DNA of 63,201 nt, from assembly GCA_028712595.1 (NCBI GenBank), contig JAQTPS010000002.1:1-63201 (forward strand), given 5' to 3'. The position numbers and the translations under genes are program-made. Positions within the stretch are counted from its first letter, which is position 1; every line of letters starts with the position of its first letter. This document shows positions 39,933-48,185 of the stretch, piece by piece. Below the pieces are notes generated by a model. That model did not search any database. It saw only the letters and a program-made list of their open reading frames with translations, and was not told where the DNA came from. Origin of the DNA: Minisyncoccota bacterium (GTDB lineage Bacteria > Patescibacteriota > Minisyncoccia > Phycocordibacterales > UBA1550).

Positions 39933-41423
39933 CTATAAATTCTCGAGTGTCCTCCAAATAGCGTACATTGCATAGCTATCTAAGCCGCAGTATGTTTTCA
40001 AGTCTTTAATAATTTTATTCTTCTCTGTTTTTGAAATTTTGGTTGTGGTAATTTTGTTCCAACTCTCTGATGCGGTTCCACCTTCTTTTATTGCAAGATT
40101 TTTGTATGAAAGTTCGGGCGCAAGCACAGGCAAAATTTTCTTTATAGATGTGCTTCCGCGAAAATTTTTATGCACATAAAACTGTTTTTTAAAAACATCC
40201 ATTAGGTCGTAAAGTCGAGCGTTCACAGAATCCATAAATTCTTTAGCTTCTGGAATTCTTTCTGCTATTTCTTCATTTCGCCCACGCTCAAAACCCTTAT
40301 TCCATACAATAACGCTTCCCGTGGGTCCAATGTCCTCTTGCAAGGCTTCTGCAAGCGCCATACTCGGGTCATCTTTTTCGGAATACAAAAATTCAAAATG
40401 TTCTGGTTCTTTATCGTCTGGCGAATGAAGCACGTGCAACGAATACTGGAAAGGAATGTGGTCGTAAGGGGAAAATCCATCAAAACGAGGAATCGCCGAT
40501 GGGAATGTTTCGTAATCCAAAAAATAAAGCGGAAAGGTTAGTTTCTCAAGCTCCTCTCGTATGCTTTCTCTATCAATAGTTATTTTGTCAAAGACGTGAG
40601 CATCAATTTGGTTTTGTTGAATTTCAGAAAAGTCCATACTTTCTGGAATGTTGTGAAGTTCAAAAATATTTCCATCAATAAGTTCTCGAAGTTTTGCTTT
40701 GCTTAACCCAATCCGTGAAATGTCGTGGACGCTATATTCCGGTATATTCGGATTTGAATAATCAAACGTGGTGCAATGACCTGACCTGCCTTTAAAAATG
40801 CAAGAACAAGGGCCCTTTGGTTCAGTTTTATTTGAGAGATACGAGAGGGCGGTCTCCATCTCCTCCGCTACATCTTCGCACAAATCTTCTATTTCAGAAG
40901 TAACGTCGTCTATCTTAAATAATTTTGTTATTTCGAGTTCGCCTTCGCGCACATAATCTTTATTCAAATACAAAAGTTGCATTTTGCCGACATCCAAACC
41001 GCACATACGAAGCAAATTTACTTGAAAAGCCAGGTCGTAATAGTGAATATTTTCGTCTATATCGTTGGACGCTTTGATTTCACAAATAGTGTACCTCCCT
41101 GTTTCCTCGTCCAATTTCAAAACGTCAACAGCCGCCAGAAATCCTTCTTTGTGAAAGACCGGTTGAAAAAGAGTTTCTTCTTTTGCCTCCAAGTATTCAG
41201 CAGTTTCTTCCTCCGCGTCTTCGTCGCGACCATGAATTAAAACGCCTGTTGGAAAAAGCTCTCGAGCCACTTCTTCAACCTCATTTCCTGTTTGTATAAT
41301 TAGTTTTTCAAAAGACGACAGCGGGTATTTCTTGTAAATATCCGGTCGATGCTTTTTAAGCCAAGCATTCTTGGGGCAATCTCGATAAACAAGATAATCA
41401 GTTTTTGATATAGTCATTGGCAT
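39933..41423 (-). CDS. DUF2779 family protein (Cas4/RecB-like PD-(D/E)xK nuclease fold with a Cys cluster)
   Basis: N-terminus ISKTDYLVYRDCPKNAWL, CEIKAS nuclease motif, and GPCSCIFKGRSGHC. Confidence 0.7.
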   Translation of the reverse strand: MPMTISKTDYLVYRDCPKNAWLKKHRPDIYKKYPLSSFEKLIIQTGNEVEEVARELFPTGVLIHGRDEDAEEETAEYLEAKEETLFQPVFHKEGFLAAVDVLKLDEETGRYTICEIKASNDIDENIHYYDLAFQVNLLRMCGLDVGKMQLLYLNKDYVREGELEITKLFKIDDVTSEIEDLCEDVAEEMETALSYLSNKTEPKGPCSCIFKGRSGHCTTFDYSNPNIPEYSVHDISRIGLSKAKLRELIDGNIFELHNIPESMDFSEIQQNQIDAHVFDKITIDRESIREELEKLTFPLYFLDYETFPSAIPRFDGFSPYDHIPFQYSLHVLHSPDDKEPEHFEFLYSEKDDPSMALAEALQEDIGPTGSVIVWNKGFERGRNEEIAERIPEAKEFMDSVNARLYDLMDVFKKQFYVHKNFRGSTSIKKILPVLAPELSYKNLAIKEGGTASESWNKITTTKISKTEKNKIIKDLKTYCGLDSYAMYAIWRTLENL

Positions 41424-41501
41424 ATTTACACTAATTGTACCACAGCACGCAAGTTTGGTCTTGTGTTTTTCGGGGTTATTTTTATTCCTTCCAATTTAAT
41501 T

Positions 41502-42137
41502 CTAGAGTCCGTTAGAAAATAAATTATAATCTTTGGGAAAAAACTTTTTCGCCATATGAAAAATTGTGTAAGTGATGAAAAAAGCGGACAATACGTCTAT
41601 TGAATAGTGCAGATGTCCGAGCAGTACTACAACAGCAAAAATAAATGAAGATGCAATAAACACGTATCGCAATTCCTTGTTATTCCAAAACATAAGCGCG
41701 AGGAGAAACGGGAGACCTACGTGGCCAGAAAAAAATAAATCAGCGCCAAATGTGAAATTTCTGAAGAAAAATACATCGGGATTAAAAGCAACTGTTCTAG
41801 GAAAAGGACCCATATGGGTTAGCGTGATAAACACCGAGCGGATGACGGTAAAGAGAGCAACACTCTTCAAAACAAAAGGAATCCTGTTGGGTTCTACAAT
41901 GCAAATATAAGCCACAAACAACCAAAGAATTAATGGCCCGTAGGTAAAAATGCCGTCGACATTAAAAACAGGAGTATTGCTCAAAACAATGTCAGTCACT
42001 GGGTTGCTGGCGATTTCTGTGGCATACATTCCAGCATAGAAATTTACGAACATACTTAAAGCAAGAAAAGCGACAGAGGTAGCGCACGCCAATAAAAAGC
42101 TTTTTTGTGTAAAATAGAATTTATTTTTTTGAAACAT
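41502..42137 (-). CDS. PAP2_C / sphingomyelin-synthase-like membrane phosphotransferase
   Basis: FGADLFFSGHVG and HYSIDVLSAFFITYTIFH match the SMS D3/D4 motifs (CGDxxxSGHT; HYTxDVxxxYxxxxxxFxxYH). Confidence 0.6.
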   Translation of the reverse strand: MFQKNKFYFTQKSFLLACATSVAFLALSMFVNFYAGMYATEIASNPVTDIVLSNTPVFNVDGIFTYGPLILWLFVAYICIVEPNRIPFVLKSVALFTVIRSVFITLTHMGPFPRTVAFNPDVFFFRNFTFGADLFFSGHVGLPFLLALMFWNNKELRYVFIASSFIFAVVVLLGHLHYSIDVLSAFFITYTIFHMAKKFFPKDYNLFSNGL

Positions 42138-42167
42138 ACGAATTGTACAATGATAACACGTTGCTTT

Positions 42168-42833
42168 TTACAAAGTCCACTGTATTCCCTTTTCGCCTTG
42201 TTTTTCAAGGTATGCGTTGGTCTTACTAAAAGGTTTGGAACCAAAAAAAGCGGTCGCCGAAAATGGCGATGGATGAGCCGATTCAAGTACGAGATGTTTA
42301 TCTACATCAATAAGTTTTTTCTTCTCCCTCGCGTATCTTCCCCACAAAATAAACACGATATGCTCTTTTTTGTCGGACAATGTGCGAATGACCGCATCCG
42401 TAAAGTTTTCCCAGCCTTTGTTTTGGTGAGAACCAGGATTACCGGCGCGAACGGTCAGCGTGGCATTCAAAAGAAGCACTCCTTGTTTTGCCCAGTGTTC
42501 AAGGTTACCGTGCGCCGGCATTTTCCCGCCAACATCGTCAATAATTTCTTTATAAATATTCCGGAGGGACGGTGGCATGGCCACTTTTTCAGGAACCGAG
42601 AAGGACAACCCATGCGCTTGTCCCGTGCCGTGATATGGGTCTTGACCCAAAATGACAACTTTAACTTTGTCGAACGGGCATAACTCAAATGCATTGAAAA
42701 CAAATTTTGGTGGCGGATATACTCCCCCATTTTTGTATTCACTTTTTACAAATTCCGCGAGTTCCGAAAAATAAGGAGCTTCAAATTCTTCTTTAAGCGC
42801 CTTTTTCCACGACTGTTCAATGCGGACTTCCAT
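42168..42833 (-). CDS. ung: uracil-DNA glycosylase, family 1
   Basis: VKVVILGQDPYHGTGQAHGLSFSV and HPSPFSA. Confidence 0.93.
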   Translation of the reverse strand: MEVRIEQSWKKALKEEFEAPYFSELAEFVKSEYKNGGVYPPPKFVFNAFELCPFDKVKVVILGQDPYHGTGQAHGLSFSVPEKVAMPPSLRNIYKEIIDDVGGKMPAHGNLEHWAKQGVLLLNATLTVRAGNPGSHQNKGWENFTDAVIRTLSDKKEHIVFILWGRYAREKKKLIDVDKHLVLESAHPSPFSATAFFGSKPFSKTNAYLEKQGEKGIQWTL

Positions 42834-42855
42834 ACAAACAAAGATAGCACAAAAT

Positions 42856-43836
42856 TTAGTTTGCTATATATTTTTTGTTGATTCTAATCGAGACATAACC
42901 AAGCCCAATAAATATAAAACCAAGAACAATGAGAGAAATTGGCCAACCAACGGAATCTGCAAAATATTCGCTTGTGATATACGAAACATGGGCAATAAGG
43001 AAAATGGTGCTCACAACTAAAATGCTACGGCTTTTCATATACACCGACAAATAAAGACCTCCAATCACAAGAAGGAAGTAAACCATCTGCCATGGGACCG
43101 AATCGAACACCTGCGAAAACGCAGCACCAAGAAATCCAGCTATACCGAAAAAGTAAAGAATCCCAATAAGCTGTTTATTCCAGCCGTCACGGAAGGCATG
43201 CGCGAGTAAAAGATAGCTTGCGCCTATCGCCATAGTGAGATAAGCGTACAAATCCTTGAACATATAAGATTCGCCATCAACAATCGCTCCAACGACAAGA
43301 TAAACAAATGCTGTGCCGTTTGCTATCGCAAAAAAAGTCAAAATGGCATTTTTGTGAACATAGTTCAACAATAGATAAAACGCAAAGATAATTCCAAAGG
43401 TGATTGCAACTGGCCACAATGAGACAAAATCTGTATTAAGTTCAGAAAGGGTTACCATTGCTCCTCCGGGAATCAATACGCCCCCGATAAAATGGAAAAT
43501 TGCCCCAAGTTTCTCCTCTGGTTTATTTTTGAGCAACATCGAACCAAGGAAGGCAAAGAGAAAGCCGAGCCCCAGTGTAACCGAGATGCGCCCCAAAGAC
43601 CCTATGTCATACCAAATTTGACGAACAAAAAATACAATCCCAACAATCACGATAGCTGCGCCCAAAATATACAACATCTTTGTCACGGAAAAAGGTGTGG
43701 CATTTTTTGAATTTCCACCCACAATTTCTCTCTGTGCGTTAGTCGCAATGCCAAAACGACTTGCGACTTCTTCGCGACTTATCTCTCCTGTGCTTATTTT
43801 GGCAGAAAGCTCTTGTAACAATTGTTCTTTATTCAT
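42856..43836 (-). CDS. hypothetical polytopic membrane protein (326 aa)
   Basis: Soluble N-terminal helix, then about 9 TM segments. Confidence 0.5.
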   Translation of the reverse strand: MNKEQLLQELSAKISTGEISREEVASRFGIATNAQREIVGGNSKNATPFSVTKMLYILGAAIVIVGIVFFVRQIWYDIGSLGRISVTLGLGFLFAFLGSMLLKNKPEEKLGAIFHFIGGVLIPGGAMVTLSELNTDFVSLWPVAITFGIIFAFYLLLNYVHKNAILTFFAIANGTAFVYLVVGAIVDGESYMFKDLYAYLTMAIGASYLLLAHAFRDGWNKQLIGILYFFGIAGFLGAAFSQVFDSVPWQMVYFLLVIGGLYLSVYMKSRSILVVSTIFLIAHVSYITSEYFADSVGWPISLIVLGFIFIGLGYVSIRINKKYIAN

Positions 43837-43854
43837 AAAATAAATTTTTTATTA

Positions 43855-44442
43855 TTAATTTCTTCCAGGTAGCACCCATCCAATAAATTGAAAATTGTTT
43901 TGGTAATAATACTGATCGGTATTATTTATGAGGTTAATCTTGCTCCTACTTTTTCCTTTTGTAAGATAATAACCAAAGGAAGAGTATCCTCCATCAAAAG
44001 GGAAAAAGTCTCCACCGCTTCTATCATAGTAGCTCGAAACTGTAACACCGTCAGGAGATGTTAAAAGATTGCTAAGTGTCATCGCTTGCGCTTCAGTAAG
44101 TGTTATTTCCCTACTCTCATTCTTTTCTGTATCGTGTAAAAAGATTCGATCGGTATATTTTTCATTAAAATCCAAGATACCGTTTTTGTTGAGGTCTTGC
44201 GTCATGTCAACGGGGTTAACGACAAACTTATCGCCAGCAACTGAATATCGTTTTTGGAGATAACTGTCGCAACGGTACGAATAATAATTATTGCCATCGG
44301 TGCAAGCTGTGTATACAAAGTTGTATTTAGTGGAAAGGAAAAGCGATGGGAGATAAGTACTCAAAGCAACAACAACTATCAATACGATTGGTAATATAAA
44401 AGCAAGCAATATGGCGAAGTTTTTCTTTATAAATTCTTTCAT
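43855..44442 (-). CDS. hypothetical membrane-anchored extracytoplasmic protein (195 aa)
   Basis: N-terminal TM segment; Tyr/Asn-rich ectodomain. Confidence 0.45.
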   Translation of the reverse strand: MKEFIKKNFAILLAFILPIVLIVVVALSTYLPSLFLSTKYNFVYTACTDGNNYYSYRCDSYLQKRYSVAGDKFVVNPVDMTQDLNKNGILDFNEKYTDRIFLHDTEKNESREITLTEAQAMTLSNLLTSPDGVTVSSYYDRSGGDFFPFDGGYSSFGYYLTKGKSRSKINLINNTDQYYYQNNFQFIGWVLPGRN

Positions 44443-44528
44443 AGTTTAATTATACCACTATTTGACGGAGTAGTTAATCTTCTCAATACATGGCTCGACA
44501 ACCCTGTAATTAGGACGTTCTCCTGTCT

Positions 44529-47117
44529 CTATTGGTTACAACCATCAAAAAGACTTTGTTTTGCAAGCCATTTGTAAATTTTTTTCTCGTCCTTTTTCAA
44601 CCACAATATATTTGAATTAATCTTCTCAAGCGCTTGGAGAATAGTGCGGTCTGCGCTAGGAAGCGGATTCTCTTTGAAGAAAGTTTTTATATCGTCATGC
44701 ATCGATTTAAGTGTGTTGCGGTTGAGAACCGATACAATGGTTGACAACATATGGTTTCTTTTACCATATTCTTTTGTTATTTTTTTCCAATTTTTCTTTA
44801 TAAATTTCCAACCAAGAATACGGCCATACGGATTGATGAGCACGTACGCAAACCCGTATACCTTGTCCTGTAAACGAATATGGTCAGTCATAATAAATGC
44901 GAGTGCCTGCTTAAGGATTTTTCTGTCACGAGACGCCGTGAGCGCAAAGAACAGGCGGTCTTTTTCTTCGGGCATATTTTCTTTTTCACAAAGAGCCCTG
45001 ACTTCATCAAATTCTTTCTGACCACCATTCCGAACAATGCTTGCGTATATTAAACTGCGAAAATCTGCTCCGATTGGTTTGATTTTTCTATTTTTGAAAC
45101 GATTTTTTGCTTCTTCCACTACTTCGATATTCTCAAATGACGCCCCAGCGCTAAGAACAAGGATGCGTAAAAGCGCGTCGTTGTGTGGTTCTCCTTTTCG
45201 GGGCTCCCAGCCGACATAACTTATAATCTTCGACAAAATATTCTGCGCGTAAACTTTGAAAAGTTCATAGGATTTTGAACCGAATAAAAGATTATGGAGA
45301 GAAGCAAGCCCAGAAATGATTTCAACCCAAACAATATATTCTTTTTCATTTCTATAAGCCAAAAGCATTTCAAGCAAATAGACAACATCGGATTGTTCAG
45401 CTTCAGCAAGCGCAAATAAATCACGAATAATACCAAGTCTGTCTTGTGGTGTGAGCTTTTCTTCGGAAAGCGCTACTTTGAGCTTTGCCAAGAGATTACC
45501 GTCATACTGCGTGCGATACATTGAACCCTCAAAAGGATTAAGCTTTATGAAGGAGAGCGGAGCGGGTATTGAAATACTCTTTTTATCCATAAGCCCAAGT
45601 GATTCAACACCGTTTGAACTTATAAATGAAAGTGGTATCGGCCAAAGTGTTTTTTGTCCCGATTCCCTGGCGCTAACCCTGCTTGAAAAATACCGCTTTT
45701 GTGAAATATCCAACTTTTTACTTTTTTGATTGATTGACACAGAGACAAGCGGATAGCCCGACTTTTCTGTCCAGATTTCCATCATTTTTTTGACAGGTTT
45801 TTTGGAAATTTTTTCAAAAGCATCCCATAAATGGATAGTTCTCGTATTTTTGTAACTATGTTCTTTCAGATAGAAACGCAAGCCGTCACGAAAATCTTTT
45901 TCACCCAGATAGCTTGCAAGCATACCTATTACCGTAGCTCCCTTGCTGTAAGAAATAGCGTCAAACATTTCACAAATCTCGTCTGGGTTATGTATTTGAA
46001 CTTCTACAACGGGGTGAGTGTTTTTAAGCGCATCAAGCTTGAGCGAACGAGCGAGGTCGTCTGTCACAAATTTTTCCCAAATTTTCCATTCAGGGAAAAG
46101 CGTATCGATTACAATGTATGGCATGTACGACGCAAATCCTTCATTGAGCCAAAGGTCCGCCCACCATTCCATAGTGACTAAATTGCCAAACCACTGGTGT
46201 GTAATCTCGTGGACAATAACATTCGCAACACTTTCTCGCGCGGACGTAGAACTGTGTTCCTTGTCAACCAGAAGCAATTCTTCACGAAATGTTATGGCTC
46301 CCCAATTTTCCATTGCGCCAGCGGCAAAATCCGGAACTGCAATCAAATCAAGCGTATTGAGGGGGTATGGAATATCAAAATATTTTTCATAAAATTCCAA
46401 GGTACGAACTGCAACATCAAGCGCAAATTTCCCCTGCTCTTTTTTCCCAGGAACCGCGATAACTCGGACAAGGACGCCCGAGCTTGTTTTTTGCTCTAAC
46501 CATTCAAAATCACCAACAAGGAAAGCGAGAAGATATGTGGACATCTTCGGTGTCGGAGCGAAAGAGACGATTTCGAAACCAGCTCGATGCTTATTTGTTG
46601 CAACAGGCAAAGTGTTTGATACTGCGGTTTTATTTTTTGGAATAATCAAGTGCACTGCAAAAACTGCTTTCTGCGCTGGCTCGTCAAAACAAGGAATACA
46701 TCTACGCGCATCGGTCGCTTCAAACTGTGTTGCGGCCATAAAACGATTCTTCCCGCCCACCGCATACTTACTTTTATAAAAACCTCGCATATTATTTGCC
46801 AATATCCCAGAAAATTGAAGGTGAAGTCTTGTTTCACCTTTCTTTATTTGTTTTGAAAAGACGAATGTCGCTGTTTCTAATTCTTTGTCGTATAAAATTT
46901 TTTGTGCTTTTATTTTTTCTTTACCACACAAAAGATTGGCGCTCGTGATGTCTAAATCGTTTGAGTGCATGGTGATTTCTTTTACGTTTTTCTCCAGTTT
47001 AATCGTTATCGTTTCTTCCCCCTTAAAAGTATGAGCTTCAAGGTCTGGTTCAAGTGTAATTTCATAGTGGACCGGAAAAATATGTTTAGGCAGTCGTTCC
47101 GATTTATTTTTATCCAT
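44529..47117 (-). CDS. M1 family aminopeptidase (aminopeptidase N / ERAP-like, with an ERAP1-type C-terminal domain)
   Basis: GAMENWG and HEITHQWFGNLVTMEWWADLWLNEGFA (HExxH-18-E). Confidence 0.9.
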   Translation of the reverse strand: MDKNKSERLPKHIFPVHYEITLEPDLEAHTFKGEETITIKLEKNVKEITMHSNDLDITSANLLCGKEKIKAQKILYDKELETATFVFSKQIKKGETRLHLQFSGILANNMRGFYKSKYAVGGKNRFMAATQFEATDARRCIPCFDEPAQKAVFAVHLIIPKNKTAVSNTLPVATNKHRAGFEIVSFAPTPKMSTYLLAFLVGDFEWLEQKTSSGVLVRVIAVPGKKEQGKFALDVAVRTLEFYEKYFDIPYPLNTLDLIAVPDFAAGAMENWGAITFREELLLVDKEHSSTSARESVANVIVHEITHQWFGNLVTMEWWADLWLNEGFASYMPYIVIDTLFPEWKIWEKFVTDDLARSLKLDALKNTHPVVEVQIHNPDEICEMFDAISYSKGATVIGMLASYLGEKDFRDGLRFYLKEHSYKNTRTIHLWDAFEKISKKPVKKMMEIWTEKSGYPLVSVSINQKSKKLDISQKRYFSSRVSARESGQKTLWPIPLSFISSNGVESLGLMDKKSISIPAPLSFIKLNPFEGSMYRTQYDGNLLAKLKVALSEEKLTPQDRLGIIRDLFALAEAEQSDVVYLLEMLLAYRNEKEYIVWVEIISGLASLHNLLFGSKSYELFKVYAQNILSKIISYVGWEPRKGEPHNDALLRILVLSAGASFENIEVVEEAKNRFKNRKIKPIGADFRSLIYASIVRNGGQKEFDEVRALCEKENMPEEKDRLFFALTASRDRKILKQALAFIMTDHIRLQDKVYGFAYVLINPYGRILGWKFIKKNWKKITKEYGKRNHMLSTIVSVLNRNTLKSMHDDIKTFFKENPLPSADRTILQALEKINSNILWLKKDEKKIYKWLAKQSLFDGCNQ

Positions 47118-47170
47118 ATGTCTGGCACTATAACAGAAATCTCCATCTTGGGGAAATGCGCGAGTTTGTG

Positions 47171-47303
47171 TGGAACCAAGAGGATTCTCCTTCGACTAAA
47201 TTTTTGTCGTCACAAAAATTTGTCTAGGCACTGGCTCGCGGCCTTCGACAGCTTCCCCGACATCGCTCCGCCATTCGAATCCTCTACAAAAGCAAAACTT
47301 TTG
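47171..47303 (-). repeat. tRNA-linked structured module, Val copy (antisense tRNA segment - conserved core - hairpin - sense copy of the tRNA 3' end)
   Basis: See findings. Core 47222-47273, antisense T-arm copy 47274-47285, sense copy 47171-47187. Confidence 0.6.
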
Positions 47304-47377
47304 TGGATCCAAGAGGATTCGAACCTCTGACCTTTCGCGTGTGAAGCGAACGCTCTAACCAGCTGAGCTATGAATCC
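47304..47377 (-). tRNA. tRNA-Val (anticodon CAC), no encoded CCA
   Basis: Hand-folded cloverleaf: GGATTCA/TGGATCC acceptor, GCTC/GAGC D-stem, TTCGC-TTCACAC-GCGAA anticodon arm, AGAGG-TTCGAAT-CCTCT T-arm. Confidence 0.93.
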
Positions 47378-47426
47378 GTATTGAAATTTCCGCGGAAGCA
47401 TCCCATGCTTCCGGTTGAGAACAGTG

Positions 47427-47498
47427 TCGGGGTGCCGAGATTTGAACTCGGAGTCTCACGAACCCGAATCGCGCATGTTACCGTTACACTACACCCCG
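47427..47498 (-). tRNA. tRNA-Pro (anticodon CGG), no encoded CCA
   Basis: CGGGGTG/CACCCCG acceptor, CGCGA-TTCGGGT-TCGTG anticodon arm with G37, CCGAG-TTCAAAT-CTCGG T-arm. Confidence 0.9.
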
Positions 47499-47511
47499 AC
47501 ACTGTTCTCAA

Positions 47512-47548
47512 CCCCAAATCCCGCATGTTACCGTTACACTACGCCCCG
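47512..47548 (-). pseudogene. 5' half of a tRNA-Pro(UGG)-like gene (acceptor 5' strand through anticodon loop), with no 3' half
   Basis: 33/37 identity to the first 37 nt of the adjacent tRNA-Pro. The anticodon position reads TGG. No T-arm or CGCCCCG acceptor strand follows. Confidence 0.6.
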
Positions 47549-47605
47549 TATTGCTCTAGCAACATTCAGGTTACCAATTTTGCACCTTGTTGGCAATATA
47601 AAACT

Positions 47606-47636
47606 AAAAAGCCCACGCGATAATGTTGCGTGGGCT
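47606..47636 (-). terminator. rho-independent terminator after the 112-aa gene
   Basis: 8-bp stem gcccacgc/gcgtgggc, followed on the minus strand by T5. Confidence 0.6.
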
Positions 47637-47659
47637 TCAGTACAAAAAATTCGTTCTCG

Positions 47660-47998
47660 TTATGCAAGAGCAAACTTCTTGCTATTTTGTTCCATTCTCC
47701 AATTGTAGATTGCAGCTCCCTGCTCCCATATCTGGTCTAGTAGAATCTCGGCGCTTTTTTGCATATATTCGGTGATTTCTTCAGATGATTTGCGTTTTGC
47801 TAGGGCAAGACACTTTTTGATTATCTTGTCATCAAGTGGAATATTATCTCCTGTTTTTTCTTCCATAATTTTCGCCCACAAATGAGCGAAAATAACAACG
47901 CTGTGGTCATTTTTTTCTATCTGCGCAGAAATAAACCCTTCCATGCTTTTCAAACCTTGACGATACTTGATCTGTGGAAGTTTTACATGGTTTTCCAT
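47660..47998 (-). CDS. hypothetical protein (112 aa)
   Basis: ATG ORF with its own terminator; no recognisable domain. Confidence 0.45.
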   Translation of the reverse strand: MENHVKLPQIKYRQGLKSMEGFISAQIEKNDHSVVIFAHLWAKIMEEKTGDNIPLDDKIIKKCLALAKRKSSEEITEYMQKSAEILLDQIWEQGAAIYNWRMEQNSKKFALA

Positions 47999-48171
47999 AT
48001 AACATACTGGGGAAAAAGAAATAAAAAGAAACTGGGTTTTATAAAGAACTGGGCTTGGAATGAAAATTCCAATTAGTAGAAAACTGTATCACAAGACAGG
48101 ATTTTAGTCAAAACATCCCATAAATACTTGTGTCTTGTGGAAAAATGTTCGCTATTCGACAAAAATAGCTG

Positions 48172-48177
48172 TATAAT
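48172..48177 (+). promoter_or_regulatory. -10 box TATAAT, 8 nt before ATG 48186
   Basis: Read directly (ctgTATAATatatgtaaATG). Confidence 0.4.
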
Positions 48178-48185
48178 ATATGTAA

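Noticed and set aside
47171-47303. T-box riboswitch or ordinary prophage attL/attR as the explanation for the tRNA-matching segments.
   Set aside because: T-box: I saw no T-box consensus or specifier-loop architecture, and the antisense segments pair with the T-arm/acceptor strand rather than the NCCA end. Prophage att: the repeats enclose only about 100-150 nt, the same core is shared by three different tRNA targets, and no integrase is in the window. A miniature derivative of such an element remains one of the hypotheses listed in the findings.
47210-47708. ORFs 47210..47401 (-), 47381..47623 (+) and 47415..47708 (+).
   Set aside because: They are translations of the tRNA-Val and tRNA-Pro genes and their flanks (e.g. 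...QLVRAFASHAKGQRFES is a T-arm/anticodon-arm read-through).
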